A stretch of DNA of 64,000 nucleotides, taken from Chloroflexota bacterium (GTDB lineage: Bacteria > Chloroflexota > Dehalococcoidia > UBA2979). This document shows positions 38,410 to 50,017 of this stretch, in pieces. The DNA is taken from NCBI GenBank assembly GCA_027593235.1, contig JAQCIU010000004.1:1-64000 (forward strand). The letters run 5' to 3'. A model generated the notes under the pieces. It saw only the letters and a program-made list of their open reading frames with translations, ran no database searches and was not told the DNA's origin. The position numbers and the translations under genes were made by a program. Every line of letters begins with the position of its first letter. The first letter of the stretch is position 1.

Positions 38410-40169
38410 CAGCGGGCGGCCGCCGGCGCCGCATCGAGGGCTGCGCGAACGGCCGCGCAGGCCGCGCCGAACACCTGCTGGTGGAGCGCGACGTTCCTCG
38501 AACGGTCGGTACGCAGCTCGAGGACATCGAGGCCCGGGCGTTCGATCGCGGCGGCGATCGCGGCGCAGCGGTCGCCTGCGAGATAGGTGTGGCGGCCGCC
38601 GTACAGGGCAGCGGTGTGACGGAAATCGAGGCCGTGCGGCGTGCCAAACCACGGTTCGAACCGCTCACCGACGATCCCTCGCTGGGGGAGAAACTCGAAG
38701 ATCCCGCCGCCGTCATTGTTCACCAGCACCACGGTCAGGTTCAGCCCGTGACGGTGCACGGGCCAGAGCCCGTTCTGGTCATGGAAGAAGGAGAGGTCGC
38801 CGATCAACAGGACGACCGGGCCATCGACCGCAGCAGCGCCGGCAGCGCTTGAGACGACGCCGTCGATACCCGAAGCGCCGCGCGTCCCGACCAGCCGTAC
38901 ATCCCGCGACAACGCCGGGAAGAAACTATCGATGTCGCGCACCGGCATGCTGTTCCCGACGACAAGCGTCGCGCCGACCGGTAGCGCTGCCGCAAGGTCG
39001 CGCGGCACGGAGCCCTCGAACGGTTCGACGAGGTCATCGATCGCGGCTTCGATCGCCGTCCGGGCCGCGCGGTTGGCGCCGGTCCAGAGCGCCGTCCACT
39101 GGTCATCGGCGGGCGCCGGCGTGACCTCGAGGAGCGCGGCGCAGAGCCGATCCGGGTCGGCGCGCAGTGGCATGCCCGCGAGCGCGTCGGGATCGCGGAC
39201 ACCACCGACGCTCGGCTCCGCGGCATCCACCACGATCTGTTCGAGGCCTTCGACCGCCGCGAGCCAGAGGTTGAACGGCTTCGAGGTCGGCGCCGCGCCG
39301 AAGCGGATCACCACCTCGGGAGCGGCGCGCGCGGTGAACGCGGGCTCGCGCGCCAGCACGTCCGCCCGATCGATCACGCGTGACAGGTCATGGTCGCCCG
39401 CGCGCAGCCCGGACAGCGGATCGGCGACGATCGGCCAGTCGAGCTGATTCGCGAGGGCGACGAGCGGGGCCGCCGGCAGGCCTGCGGATTCCGGGCCGGC
39501 GACGATCAGACCTCGGCGGTTCGTGATCCGCTCGGCGAGCCAGGCGACAGCACCGTCCGCGGGGGCGATCCGCGCGGGTCGCGCTTCGCGAGACGCGTGG
39601 ATCGAGGGGGGCGGCGAAGCCGGCTCATGATCGACCAGCGGCTCGCGGAAGGGGAAGTTCAGGTGCACCGGCCCGGCGGGAGCCTCGAGCGCGAGCAACG
39701 CCGCGCGTTGCGCCGTGGTGGCGGCGTAGCGATCGAGGGCCGCGATGCCGTCGGTGAGCGGCATGTCGACCGCCCACTTCGCGTGCGAGCCGAACATCCG
39801 CACCTGGTCGATCGTCTGTGGCGCGCCAACGTCGCGCAGCTCCGGCGGGCGGTCGGCGGTGAGGACGATCAACGGGACCCGCGACAGTCGCGCCTCGACC
39901 ACCGCCGGGAGAAAGTTCGCCGCCGCGGTGCCGGAGGTACAGACGATCGCGACCGGTTCGCCGCGCTGGCGCGCGATGCCGAGGGCGAAGTAGCCGGCCG
40001 AGCGCTCGTCCAGATGCAGCCACGGCGTGATCCCGCAGCGCTCGGCGGTGAGCGCGAGCGTGAGCGGGGTGTTGCGGGAGCCCGGAGCGATCACGGCGTG
40101 GCGGACGCCGCTGACGGCAAGCGCGGCAACGAAGCTGGCGACGTAGCGATCGAGGGCTAGCGGCACCAT
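38409..40169 (-). CDS. menD: SEPHCHC synthase
   Basis: PGSRNTPL, DERSAG, CTSGTAAAN, ADRPPEL, RGASGIDG, GDLSF.HD, NNDGGGIF. Confidence 0.96.
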   Translation of the reverse strand: MVPLALDRYVASFVAALAVSGVRHAVIAPGSRNTPLTLALTAERCGITPWLHLDERSAGYFALGIARQRGEPVAIVCTSGTAAANFLPAVVEARLSRVPLIVLTADRPPELRDVGAPQTIDQVRMFGSHAKWAVDMPLTDGIAALDRYAATTAQRAALLALEAPAGPVHLNFPFREPLVDHEPASPPPSIHASREARPARIAPADGAVAWLAERITNRRGLIVAGPESAGLPAAPLVALANQLDWPIVADPLSGLRAGDHDLSRVIDRADVLAREPAFTARAAPEVVIRFGAAPTSKPFNLWLAAVEGLEQIVVDAAEPSVGGVRDPDALAGMPLRADPDRLCAALLEVTPAPADDQWTALWTGANRAARTAIEAAIDDLVEPFEGSVPRDLAAALPVGATLVVGNSMPVRDIDSFFPALSRDVRLVGTRGASGIDGVVSSAAGAAAVDGPVVLLIGDLSFFHDQNGLWPVHRHGLNLTVVLVNNDGGGIFEFLPQRGIVGERFEPWFGTPHGLDFRHTAALYGGRHTYLAGDRCAAIAAAIERPGLDVLELRTDRSRNVALHQQVFGAACAAVRAALDAAPAAAR

Positions 40170-40187
40170 GATCCTTCCCGCCGCCCG

Positions 40188-41567
40188 CTAGGCGGGGATG
40201 GCGCTCGCCTCGGCCGGGATGCGGCCGCCCAGCGCCTCGGCGAGCGGGCGCATCTTCAGCGTCACTTCTTCCAGTTCGGCCTGGGGATCGGAGTCGCCCA
40301 TGATGCCATTCCCGGCGAAGAGCCAGGCACGCGGGCCACGCAGCAGGGCCGCGCGCAGCGCGACGGCAAACTCGCCGTCACCGTTGGCGTCGAGCCAACC
40401 AACCGGTCCGGCGTACCAGCCACGATCGAAGTCCTCGTGCTCCGCGATCACACGCCGCGCGACGTCACGCGGCCGACCGCAGACCGCAGGCGTGGGGTGC
40501 AGGCGCTCGACCAACTCGAGGATGTCGACGCCCTCGCGTGCATCGCCGGCGATCCGCGTCGCCAGATGCTGGATGTTGCGGAACCGCCGCACGGACGGTT
40601 CGTCGTCCACCGTAAGCCCGTCGGTCTCATCCTCGAGGCGCTCGACGATCTCGCGGACCACAACGGCGTGCTCCTCGCGGCTCTTCGCGTCGGCGAGCAG
40701 TTCACGGCCCAGCGCGCGATCCTCGGCGGGGTTCTCGCCGCGGCGCTGTGAGGCGGCGAGGCCAAGCGTGCAAGCGTGCCCGCCTTCGAGGCTAATCAGC
40801 AGCTCGGGGCTCGCGCAGATCAGCGTCGCGTCACCAGCGGAGAAGCTGACGACGTGGCAGTCGGGGTAATCGGCGCGAAGCTGTGCGAGGGTCTCACCGA
40901 GCGGCAGATCGCCATCGCGTTCGAGTTCGATCGAGGTCGCCAGCACGGCCTTCTCGTAGGCCCCTTCGCGGATACCGATCGCCATTGCGCGGACGTTATC
41001 CCGCCATGCGTTCTCATCGATTGAGCGTGCCGAACGCAGCGGATCGCGAGCGGGCAAAGCGCCGTCTGGCTCGTCGATGACGCGCTCGATCAGCCGAAGG
41101 GCCTCCGTCGCCGAGGTTCCCGGTGCCAGCACTACTCCCGACACGCCGCCCTCGAGGACGAACAGCATCCGCGGGAGTACCAGCGATCCCGCACCGAACC
41201 GCTCCCATGGCGTCCGCGGCGCCTGATCCGGCGCGAACCGAAAACCACCGAGGAGCCTTGGACGCAGCACCGAGTGGCTGTCACGTGGCGTGCCCTCGAA
41301 CAGTGCGCGGACCCGCGCACGCGCCGCGGTCGGCGTCTCACCGATCGCGAGGTCGATGCGCGCGGCCTCGCCGATACCGATCAGCGCGAAGCCCTGGTCG
41401 GGGCGCTCGTAGCTCCCAACCACCGCAGTAGCGGTGGAGCCGGTGAGCAGGCAACGGGGATCGAATGTGGCAGGAAGTTCAATCGAGGCGAACTCGCTGA
41501 GTGAGCGGTCGCTGGTTCCCACCTCGAGCGCGGCGGCGGCTTCGTCGATTGCGCGTCGAAGCGACAT
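40188..41567 (-). CDS. menF: Isochorismate synthase
   Basis: KAVLA, ASPELL, K..EEH..V, LHPTPAVCG.P, RGWYAG, FAGNGI..DS. Confidence 0.92.
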   Translation of the reverse strand: MSLRRAIDEAAAALEVGTSDRSLSEFASIELPATFDPRCLLTGSTATAVVGSYERPDQGFALIGIGEAARIDLAIGETPTAARARVRALFEGTPRDSHSVLRPRLLGGFRFAPDQAPRTPWERFGAGSLVLPRMLFVLEGGVSGVVLAPGTSATEALRLIERVIDEPDGALPARDPLRSARSIDENAWRDNVRAMAIGIREGAYEKAVLATSIELERDGDLPLGETLAQLRADYPDCHVVSFSAGDATLICASPELLISLEGGHACTLGLAASQRRGENPAEDRALGRELLADAKSREEHAVVVREIVERLEDETDGLTVDDEPSVRRFRNIQHLATRIAGDAREGVDILELVERLHPTPAVCGRPRDVARRVIAEHEDFDRGWYAGPVGWLDANGDGEFAVALRAALLRGPRAWLFAGNGIMGDSDPQAELEEVTLKMRPLAEALGGRIPAEASAIPA

Positions 41568-41719
41568 CAGACAATCACTTTCACCGCGAGCGGAGGAGCG
41601 GCCGCTGAGCCCGGCGAACCGGACCGTTGTGACTGAGTATATCCACGGGTCCGCTTAGCAACCCGGGAGTTTAACCCCGCCGCTCCCGTAGACTTTGTGA
41701 GCCGAAAGGGTGCCATTCG

Positions 41720-42130
41720 ATGCTTCGTCTGCTGCTTCGAACAGGCTTGCGCGGACGCTGCCCCGGCTGCGATCAGCAGTCAATGTTCACTTCGTACTAC
41801 GAGATCCCGGTGCGCTGCTCGCACTGCGACCTGCAGTACCAGGTGGGCGAGGGCGCCTGGCTGGGCGCGATCGCGATCGGCTACGGGTTCGGGGTGATCG
41901 CGGCGATCATCGTCGTCTTCGTCGAATTGATCTGGGGTCCGATCCGCGCCGCTGGGCTCGACCCGATGTGGACAATCGCGATCGGGGCGCTGGTCGTCAC
42001 CGCCGTCAGCTACCGACTCGCCAAGGCGATCTGGTTCACGCTGTTGTTCCGCTTCGGATTCATGCGTTGGCCGGATGGAACGCCCACCGATGGCACCCCA
42101 CTTCGCGAACCAGCCGATGCGAGCATCTAG
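41720..42130 (+). CDS. DUF983-like membrane protein with two CxxC motifs
   Basis: RCPGC..F..CSHC followed by two TM helices. Confidence 0.75.
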   Translation: MLRLLLRTGLRGRCPGCDQQSMFTSYYEIPVRCSHCDLQYQVGEGAWLGAIAIGYGFGVIAAIIVVFVELIWGPIRAAGLDPMWTIAIGALVVTAVSYRLAKAIWFTLLFRFGFMRWPDGTPTDGTPLREPADASI

Positions 42131-43839
42131 CGCACGCGAATCTGATGCTCCGTTGTCGGCGTCCCCGCGCGAGAGCTGACGATCGTCACGTGCGACAGGT
42201 GGCCCTTGTCGTTTGGTGTGAGCAATCCAAAACAGACGCCATTGACCGGCACGTTGCCGCATGACCAGATCCGCTTCTGCAGCGGATCGTCCGCGGTCCC
42301 GACGTAGATCTCGAAGCGGCGCGCCGGGCCCTCGATGTTTGTCACGCCGCCGATCGTGAAGCGGATGTTCGAGCCGGGCACGTCGAACGCCATCGCCAGG
42401 TAGTCGAAATCGACATCCCACGAGGGCCAGCGCAGGCCACCGACCAGCGGGCCGACGCCCGGAACGGTGCAGCCGGCCGCGTTACAAGCGGCCATCGAGG
42501 TCTCGCGCGTACCCGAGTTGAAGACGCGCCGCGCGTTCGCGTCGCCGATCGTGCCGAGCACGACGTCCCAGTCCATCGCCGCCGTGGGCGAAGCCTGACT
42601 GGTGCAGGACTGCGGCGCCGTGGTGAACGGAACGCTGGTACAGAACTGATACGTGGCGGCGTCGTCACGGTTGGTCCAACCCAGCGCGGAGCCGCCGGCG
42701 AGGCTACCGGTGCCGGCGTCGAATCTCGCGAAGGACGGCTGGAGTACCGGCAGGCCGGTGTTGCCGTCCAGCGTGACTGAAACAATCGCCAGCGCGCGAT
42801 GGCGGTAATTGTCGCGCGCCGACACGGTGAATTGCAGCGGCGCCTTGTTGTCGGGCGCCGTGAAGGTCGCCTTCGCGCCTACCGCCTGCAATGCCACGAC
42901 CGTCCCGGCGGTCTGTTTCCATTCGTAGCTAATCGGATCGTCCTCGGGATCGGTGGCGCTGGCCAGCAATGTCACGGCCTTGCCAGGGATCGCGACCTGC
43001 TTCGTCTGAATCTGCAGCGCCGGAGCACGGTTGATTCCGTACAGCCCCTGGAGGACCGTGCGCTCATCGCTACTGGCTCCAGCCGGACAGGTTGCGAGGT
43101 CATCCGGGTCGAAGGAGTTGAACATCAAATCGGTGCGCTTCGCGCTGTGACCGAAGCCCAGGACATGGCCCAGCTCGTGAGCGATCACGGACCGCGTGCA
43201 TACCTCGGGCACGCCGGTGCCGACATCGACGATGACGTCGAACTCGACGAAGCGGCGGTCGGTCGGGATCCCGAAGAATGGGATATAGAACCAGCTCCCA
43301 CGCGCGATCGCGGCGGCCGATCCCGTCACCACGTTGCGGGAATCGTCGAACCCCACCTCGTTGACGCCGTTGTCGTCCTCCCAGCGGAAGCCCGAGGTGC
43401 AATCGCCCTGGTAGTGGTAGCCGACGGAGGCGTCGAGCGTGTTCCACATCTCGGTCGCATCGGCGACATAGGTGCGGAACTGCTCGGCGGAGATGCTGGA
43501 GGGACGCCCGAACTGGTGGGTGCAGAGCTTCACCGGGATCGCTTCGGAGAACCAACGTCCCGGCGCGCCACCACAGTCCGAGGTGATGCTGCCATCGTCA
43601 CAGTCGGTGAAGTACTGGATGCCCGCGACGGAGCTAACGTTCGCATCGATCGGCCGGGCGCCATGACCGATGCCCTCGGCGCCCGCGCCGGGCACGAGGA
43701 GCACGAGCGCGCCGGCGATCAGCGCAAGCGTCGCCACCACCACCGCCACTGGACCATGCAGCCCTAGTTTTGGGCTGCAGCGTGCTCGGGACACGGGTCT
43801 ATCCGCCTGTCCGCCGGGGTTCGATGGGGAGAGCAGCAA
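42127..43839 (-). CDS. Secreted metzincin (matrixin-like) metalloprotease with PKD/Ig-like and further Cys-containing domains (start uncertain)
   Basis: Signal peptide, HELGHVLGFGH plus Met-turn DLMF, NRAP..ATDPEDDPISYEWKQTAG Ig/PKD module. Confidence 0.82.
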   Translation of the reverse strand: MLLSPSNPGGQADRPVSRARCSPKLGLHGPVAVVVATLALIAGALVLLVPGAGAEGIGHGARPIDANVSSVAGIQYFTDCDDGSITSDCGGAPGRWFSEAIPVKLCTHQFGRPSSISAEQFRTYVADATEMWNTLDASVGYHYQGDCTSGFRWEDDNGVNEVGFDDSRNVVTGSAAAIARGSWFYIPFFGIPTDRRFVEFDVIVDVGTGVPEVCTRSVIAHELGHVLGFGHSAKRTDLMFNSFDPDDLATCPAGASSDERTVLQGLYGINRAPALQIQTKQVAIPGKAVTLLASATDPEDDPISYEWKQTAGTVVALQAVGAKATFTAPDNKAPLQFTVSARDNYRHRALAIVSVTLDGNTGLPVLQPSFARFDAGTGSLAGGSALGWTNRDDAATYQFCTSVPFTTAPQSCTSQASPTAAMDWDVVLGTIGDANARRVFNSGTRETSMAACNAAGCTVPGVGPLVGGLRWPSWDVDFDYLAMAFDVPGSNIRFTIGGVTNIEGPARRFEIYVGTADDPLQKRIWSCGNVPVNGVCFGLLTPNDKGHLSHVTIVSSRAGTPTTEHQIRVR

Positions 43840-43910
43840 CAGTCTACCGAGCCTGCGGCTGCCCGTGACCGGTTTGGCCCTCGGCTGTCGCGGAGTACCG
43901 CCCGATCGGC

Positions 43911-44978
43911 CTACTCGGGTCGTTTGTAGACCATGATCGAGCGACCGTTGATCTCACCGGCGGCCAACGCACGAATGCCCTCGTTGATGTCGTCCAGCGA
44001 GCCATAGCGCTTCGTGACCATCTTGTTCAGCGGCAGCGCGCCCTGGCGGAACCACTCCACGTACTGCGGGTAGTCCTCCGCGGGGTGACTGGAACCGCCC
44101 AGCGAGCCAATCAACTGGCGCTCCCCCATCGGGAAGAGCCCGCGCGGGATCGTGATCGGGCCCTGTGGGATGCCGACGACCACCGCCGTGCCACCGCGGG
44201 CTGCGCCGAGGCGGCCGGGCTTGGTGACCTCCACGATCTGGTGCAGGGTGACCTCCGCCCCGATCGCGTCGAAGGCGTAGTCGACGCCGCCGCCGGTCAG
44301 TTCCTTGACCGCCTCGACCGGATCCACCTCCGAGGCGTTGACGACGTCGGTCGCGCCGAACTCCTTCGCGAACTCAAGCTTCTCGGCGCTCAGGTCAACC
44401 GCGATAATCCGGCTCGCGCCTGCGATCTGGGCACCGGCGAGGACGTTGATCCCAACCCCGCCGACGCCGAAAACGGCAACGGTCTCGCCCTTCTGTACCT
44501 TCGCCGAACCCAGCACGGCGCCGACGCCAGTGACCGTCGCGCAGCCGATGATCGCGGCGTCCTCAACGGAAACGTCGTTCGCCAGCGGGATCACCATCTG
44601 CTCATGCACCAGCAGGTGTTCCGCCCAGGTGTAGACGTTTGGTCCCGCGATCGAGCGGCCGCGGTAGTTGAAGCGGGTTGCCGGAACCGGCGGATCCTCG
44701 AGGGTGATCGCACGCGGAACCCAGGTCACCATGACCCGATCGCCCTCGCGGACGTGCGTGACGGCGCTGCCGGCGGCGGTGATCACGCCGGTCGCTTCGT
44801 GTCCCAGCAACAACGGCCGCGCCAGATCCGGGTTGTGGAGCTGGTGGAGCTGCGAATGACAGATGCCGGAGGCATAGAGCTCGACGAGCACCTCGTGCGG
44901 GTTTGGATCAGGTAGCTCAATCTCCTCGATGGAGAGCGGCTGCCCGTGCTCAACGTCGATCGCGGCACGCGTCCGCAT
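43911..44978 (-). CDS. Zinc-binding dehydrogenase (MDR) lacking the structural-Zn cysteines
   Basis: GICHSQ, LGHEATG, IIGCA..TG, GVGGVG; GGAG RBS. Confidence 0.9.
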   Translation of the reverse strand: MRTRAAIDVEHGQPLSIEEIELPDPNPHEVLVELYASGICHSQLHQLHNPDLARPLLLGHEATGVITAAGSAVTHVREGDRVMVTWVPRAITLEDPPVPATRFNYRGRSIAGPNVYTWAEHLLVHEQMVIPLANDVSVEDAAIIGCATVTGVGAVLGSAKVQKGETVAVFGVGGVGINVLAGAQIAGASRIIAVDLSAEKLEFAKEFGATDVVNASEVDPVEAVKELTGGGVDYAFDAIGAEVTLHQIVEVTKPGRLGAARGGTAVVVGIPQGPITIPRGLFPMGERQLIGSLGGSSHPAEDYPQYVEWFRQGALPLNKMVTKRYGSLDDINEGIRALAAGEINGRSIMVYKRPE

Positions 44979-45119
44979 GATGGAGCTCCTTCGTTGCTTG
45001 CCCTGCAGGCCGCGCGATCCGGCGGATGATCCGGCGCGACGAGCCTCTTCGCCGTCACGATACACTGGCGCCGCCACCACGTTCGTGGTGCGCGATCGTC
45101 ATCCTCGAGGAGGGCGCCC

Positions 45120-46433
45120 ATGACCGAACAGCGCAATGGATCGTCGAACGGCACCCAATCGGTCGGCTCTCACTATCCGCCGCAAGCACAGCAGCCGCCA
45201 GCGGATCCGAACCCGCCCTACCGACTGCCACTCGAGGGCGTTCGAGTCCTCGATCTCAGCGTCTTCCAGCAAGGGACCTACGCCTCGGCGATGCTCGCCG
45301 ACATGGGCGCCGACGTCGTGAAGATCGAGGGCCCGCAGTCGCCCGATCCCGGCCGCGCCGGGGGCGGCGGGAACTCACCGAACGGCCTCAGCGCCTACTT
45401 CCAGCACCTCAACCGCAACAAGCGCGGCATCTGCCTCGACCTGAAGAGCGAGTCCGGTCGCGACACCTTCCTCAAGCTCGTCGAGACCGCGGACATTTTC
45501 CACAACAACATGCGACCGGGTGTCCTCGATCGCCTCGGGCTGACGTACGAGGTGCTGAAGGCGCGCAATCCTCGGATCATCGTCTCGAACGCCACCGGTT
45601 GGGGGAACGAGGGGCCCGACGCCGAGGCGAAGATGGGCAGCATGGACATCCTTGCGCAGGCCCGCGCTGGGATTATGTCCGTTACCGGCACCCCGGAGAC
45701 TGGTCCCCTGCCCGTTGGCGTGCCCTTCGCCGATCACGTCGGCGCGATCATCTCCGCCTTCGGCATGATGACCGCGCTCTGGGAACGCGAGCAGAGTGGC
45801 GAGGGGCAGGTGGTCGACACCTCGTTGTTCGGCTCGCAGCTCTGCATCCAGGGCTTCAACATCACCTCGAAGATGTGGGGCGGTCAGGAGCGGCCGCTGC
45901 TGGGCGACGACGATCGCGCGCCACACTGGTCCCGTTACCTCTGCAAGGACGGTGAGTACCTGATGGTCGGCGGCGGCCAGCCCGCCAAGTGGTGGGCCGA
46001 GTTCTGCGAGGTCATCGGCGCCCCCGAGTTGATCGAGGGCGATCCACCGGCGCACGGCCGTCACCCGCTGAATCGCCAGCGGCGCGCCCGCCTGGCCGCG
46101 ATCTTCCTCACCCGCACCCGCGACGAGTGGCTCGCCGACCTGCTCCCACGGTTCTTTGTCCAGCCCGTGGCCAGCTATGACGACATCGCCGTGGACGAGC
46201 AGGCGTGGGCGAATGGGTACCTGACCAACATGCCGAACCCCTCCGGGGGCTTCCTTCCGACCGTTGGCCCGCCGGTTCGGCTCAGCCGCACGCCGGCCTC
46301 GGTCCGCACCGCTGCCCCGGAATTCGGCCAACACACCGAAGAGGTGCTGCTGGAAGCCGGCTTCGACTGGGATCAGATCTCGGAACTGCGCGAGGCCGGC
46401 GCTTTTGGCGATCTAGCGAACGTCTCCGGATAA
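45120..46433 (+). CDS. CaiB/BaiF family III CoA-transferase
   Basis: PLEGVRVLDL, LADMGADVVKIE, NRNKRGI.LDLK, APEFGQHT.EVL. Confidence 0.93.
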   Translation: MTEQRNGSSNGTQSVGSHYPPQAQQPPADPNPPYRLPLEGVRVLDLSVFQQGTYASAMLADMGADVVKIEGPQSPDPGRAGGGGNSPNGLSAYFQHLNRNKRGICLDLKSESGRDTFLKLVETADIFHNNMRPGVLDRLGLTYEVLKARNPRIIVSNATGWGNEGPDAEAKMGSMDILAQARAGIMSVTGTPETGPLPVGVPFADHVGAIISAFGMMTALWEREQSGEGQVVDTSLFGSQLCIQGFNITSKMWGGQERPLLGDDDRAPHWSRYLCKDGEYLMVGGGQPAKWWAEFCEVIGAPELIEGDPPAHGRHPLNRQRRARLAAIFLTRTRDEWLADLLPRFFVQPVASYDDIAVDEQAWANGYLTNMPNPSGGFLPTVGPPVRLSRTPASVRTAAPEFGQHTEEVLLEAGFDWDQISELREAGAFGDLANVSG

Positions 46434-46479
46434 CAACAACTCGTTCAGTGCCTCGGAGCGAGGCTGGAGTGGCAGTGCG

Positions 46480-47451
46480 ATGAGCAAAGTGAACACGATT
46501 CGAGGTCCGATCGACAGCAGCGAACTGGGCCGGACGCTCTCCCACGAGCACCTGACCAACGGCTTCAGCGGCATGGAGCGGATCGCCGGGCTGCTCCCGC
46601 GCGCGGAGATGGTCGGTCGCAACCTCGATGCCCTCGACCGCGCGAAAGCGGCCGGCATCGACAGCATCATCGACTGCACGCCGTGGGATCTCGGCCGCCA
46701 GATGTGGCTGTTCGAGGCCGTCGCCGAGCGTTCGCCGGTCAACGTCGTCTGCGCCACCGGCGTCTACCGCTGGGTACCGCCGATCTACTGGGGCATGGAC
46801 CCCGACGAGATCGCCGCGATCTGGATCGCCGAGATCGAGGACGGTATCGAGGGCACCGGCATCAAGCCCGGCATCATCAAGCTCGCCTGGGACATCGAGG
46901 CTCACCAGCACGACGGTCCGCGCTGGACGCCCCGCGCCAACCTCGAATTGACCGCACGCGCGGCCGCGCGCACCTCGAAACACACGGGCGTGCCGATCAC
47001 CTGCCACACGCGCGCGGTCGACGAGCTGGGCACCCCGCTGCTCGACCTTTTCGAGGACGAAGGGCTCGACCTCGGAGCGGTGACGATCGGCCACTCCAAC
47101 GACACGCAGGACCTCATCTACCTACGCGGCATGGCTTCACGTGGCGCGAACGTCGGCCTCGACCGCTTCTTCTCGACCAACGCCGACTACGTCGCGGAGC
47201 GGGGCGGCATCGCCCTCGCACTCGCGCAGGCCGGCCACGCCGACCACACCAGCCTCGGCCACGACGGCACGCCCGCCGGCCTGTGGGGCCGCTGGCGTGA
47301 AGAGCCGAACCCCGGCGTCTGGACGCTCGTCCCCGAGCACGAAGTCCCGTGGCTCCTCGCAAACGGCGCCTCCGAGGCGGACGTGGAGGCGATGCTCACC
47401 ACCTCGATCCGTCGCACGTTCGAGGCGGCGGCGAAGATGGTGAGGGCGTAA
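46480..47451 (+). CDS. Phosphotriesterase-related amidohydrolase
   Basis: LG.TL.HEH, DCTP.DLGR, IIKLA, TCHT, IGHS, GHD. Confidence 0.9.
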   Translation: MSKVNTIRGPIDSSELGRTLSHEHLTNGFSGMERIAGLLPRAEMVGRNLDALDRAKAAGIDSIIDCTPWDLGRQMWLFEAVAERSPVNVVCATGVYRWVPPIYWGMDPDEIAAIWIAEIEDGIEGTGIKPGIIKLAWDIEAHQHDGPRWTPRANLELTARAAARTSKHTGVPITCHTRAVDELGTPLLDLFEDEGLDLGAVTIGHSNDTQDLIYLRGMASRGANVGLDRFFSTNADYVAERGGIALALAQAGHADHTSLGHDGTPAGLWGRWREEPNPGVWTLVPEHEVPWLLANGASEADVEAMLTTSIRRTFEAAAKMVRA

Positions 47452-47461
47452 CCTGTCTCGT

Positions 47462-47752
47462 ATGGCACAGGAACAGATCAATATCGAGGGCGCGCAGTGG
47501 CTTTCGGAGTTGCGGGCTGTGCTCGATGACCGCCTCGTGGGCGTGCGCTACGCCACTGAGGGCGACGGGTACGACTTCCTGTTGATTCACGCGCCTGAGA
47601 ACCGACGAGCCGCGATCGAGCGGTTCACCGAGGCGTTCACCCGTGCGAAAGACATCCCGCCGTTCGAGATTATGTGCTTTGAGCAGGATCACGTTCCTGA
47701 CTACTACGGCGACTACGTGAGCATCGGCCCATCCCCTTCGCGTGCCAGTTAG
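47462..47752 (+). CDS. Hypothetical protein, possible degenerate minimal nucleotidyltransferase-fold antitoxin
   Basis: Acidic 96 aa; helix-LDDRLVGVRY-DGYDFLLI-helix-PFEIMCF topology; overlaps HEPN gene by 11 nt. Confidence 0.5.
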   Translation: MAQEQINIEGAQWLSELRAVLDDRLVGVRYATEGDGYDFLLIHAPENRRAAIERFTEAFTRAKDIPPFEIMCFEQDHVPDYYGDYVSIGPSPSRAS

Positions 47753-48095
47753 GGACCAGCACCTTCAGAAGGCAGATCGAGGCGCGGCCGTCGAAGCCGC
47801 GTTGATCGACGGCGCTCTGTCCATCGAGTGGGCGACGACGGTGCTGTTCTATCGCGCCGTGCACGTGATCGAGGCGTGGTTCGCTCTCCGTGGCGTTCAC
47901 CACCAGAGCCACACCGTTCGGACCCGCGCGGTCTACCGCGAGTTGCCAGAAGTCGCGGCCGACTACGTCGATCTGCTCGAAGCGTCGCGAACCGCGCGCT
48001 ACGAACCGGACGGACTACTCGACACAACGGAATACGACCGGCTTTCCGCCGCGTTCGTGCGGGTCGATGCTCGCGTTCGTTCCGAGGTCCGCTGA
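47742..48095 (+). CDS. HEPN domain protein
   Basis: All-helical 117 aa with FYRAVHVIEA..GVHHQSH..SRTARY pattern. Confidence 0.7.
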   Translation: MPVRDQHLQKADRGAAVEAALIDGALSIEWATTVLFYRAVHVIEAWFALRGVHHQSHTVRTRAVYRELPEVAADYVDLLEASRTARYEPDGLLDTTEYDRLSAAFVRVDARVRSEVR

Positions 48096-48183
48096 AGCGC
48101 CCGGCATCCACCTCGAATCGTCGCGCTATACTCCGGCTCGCCGGTCACATACCGACTGAATGCCGGATTTCGAGGGGGGTTCG

Positions 48184-49932
<1,749 letters not shown>

Positions 49933-50017
49933 CGCCGAGCCTCGAACGAGGCATCGCGACCGCCGCACCGGCCCGAGGACCGCGATCCTCGGGCCGACCG
50001 CAGACAGAGGACGAGTG

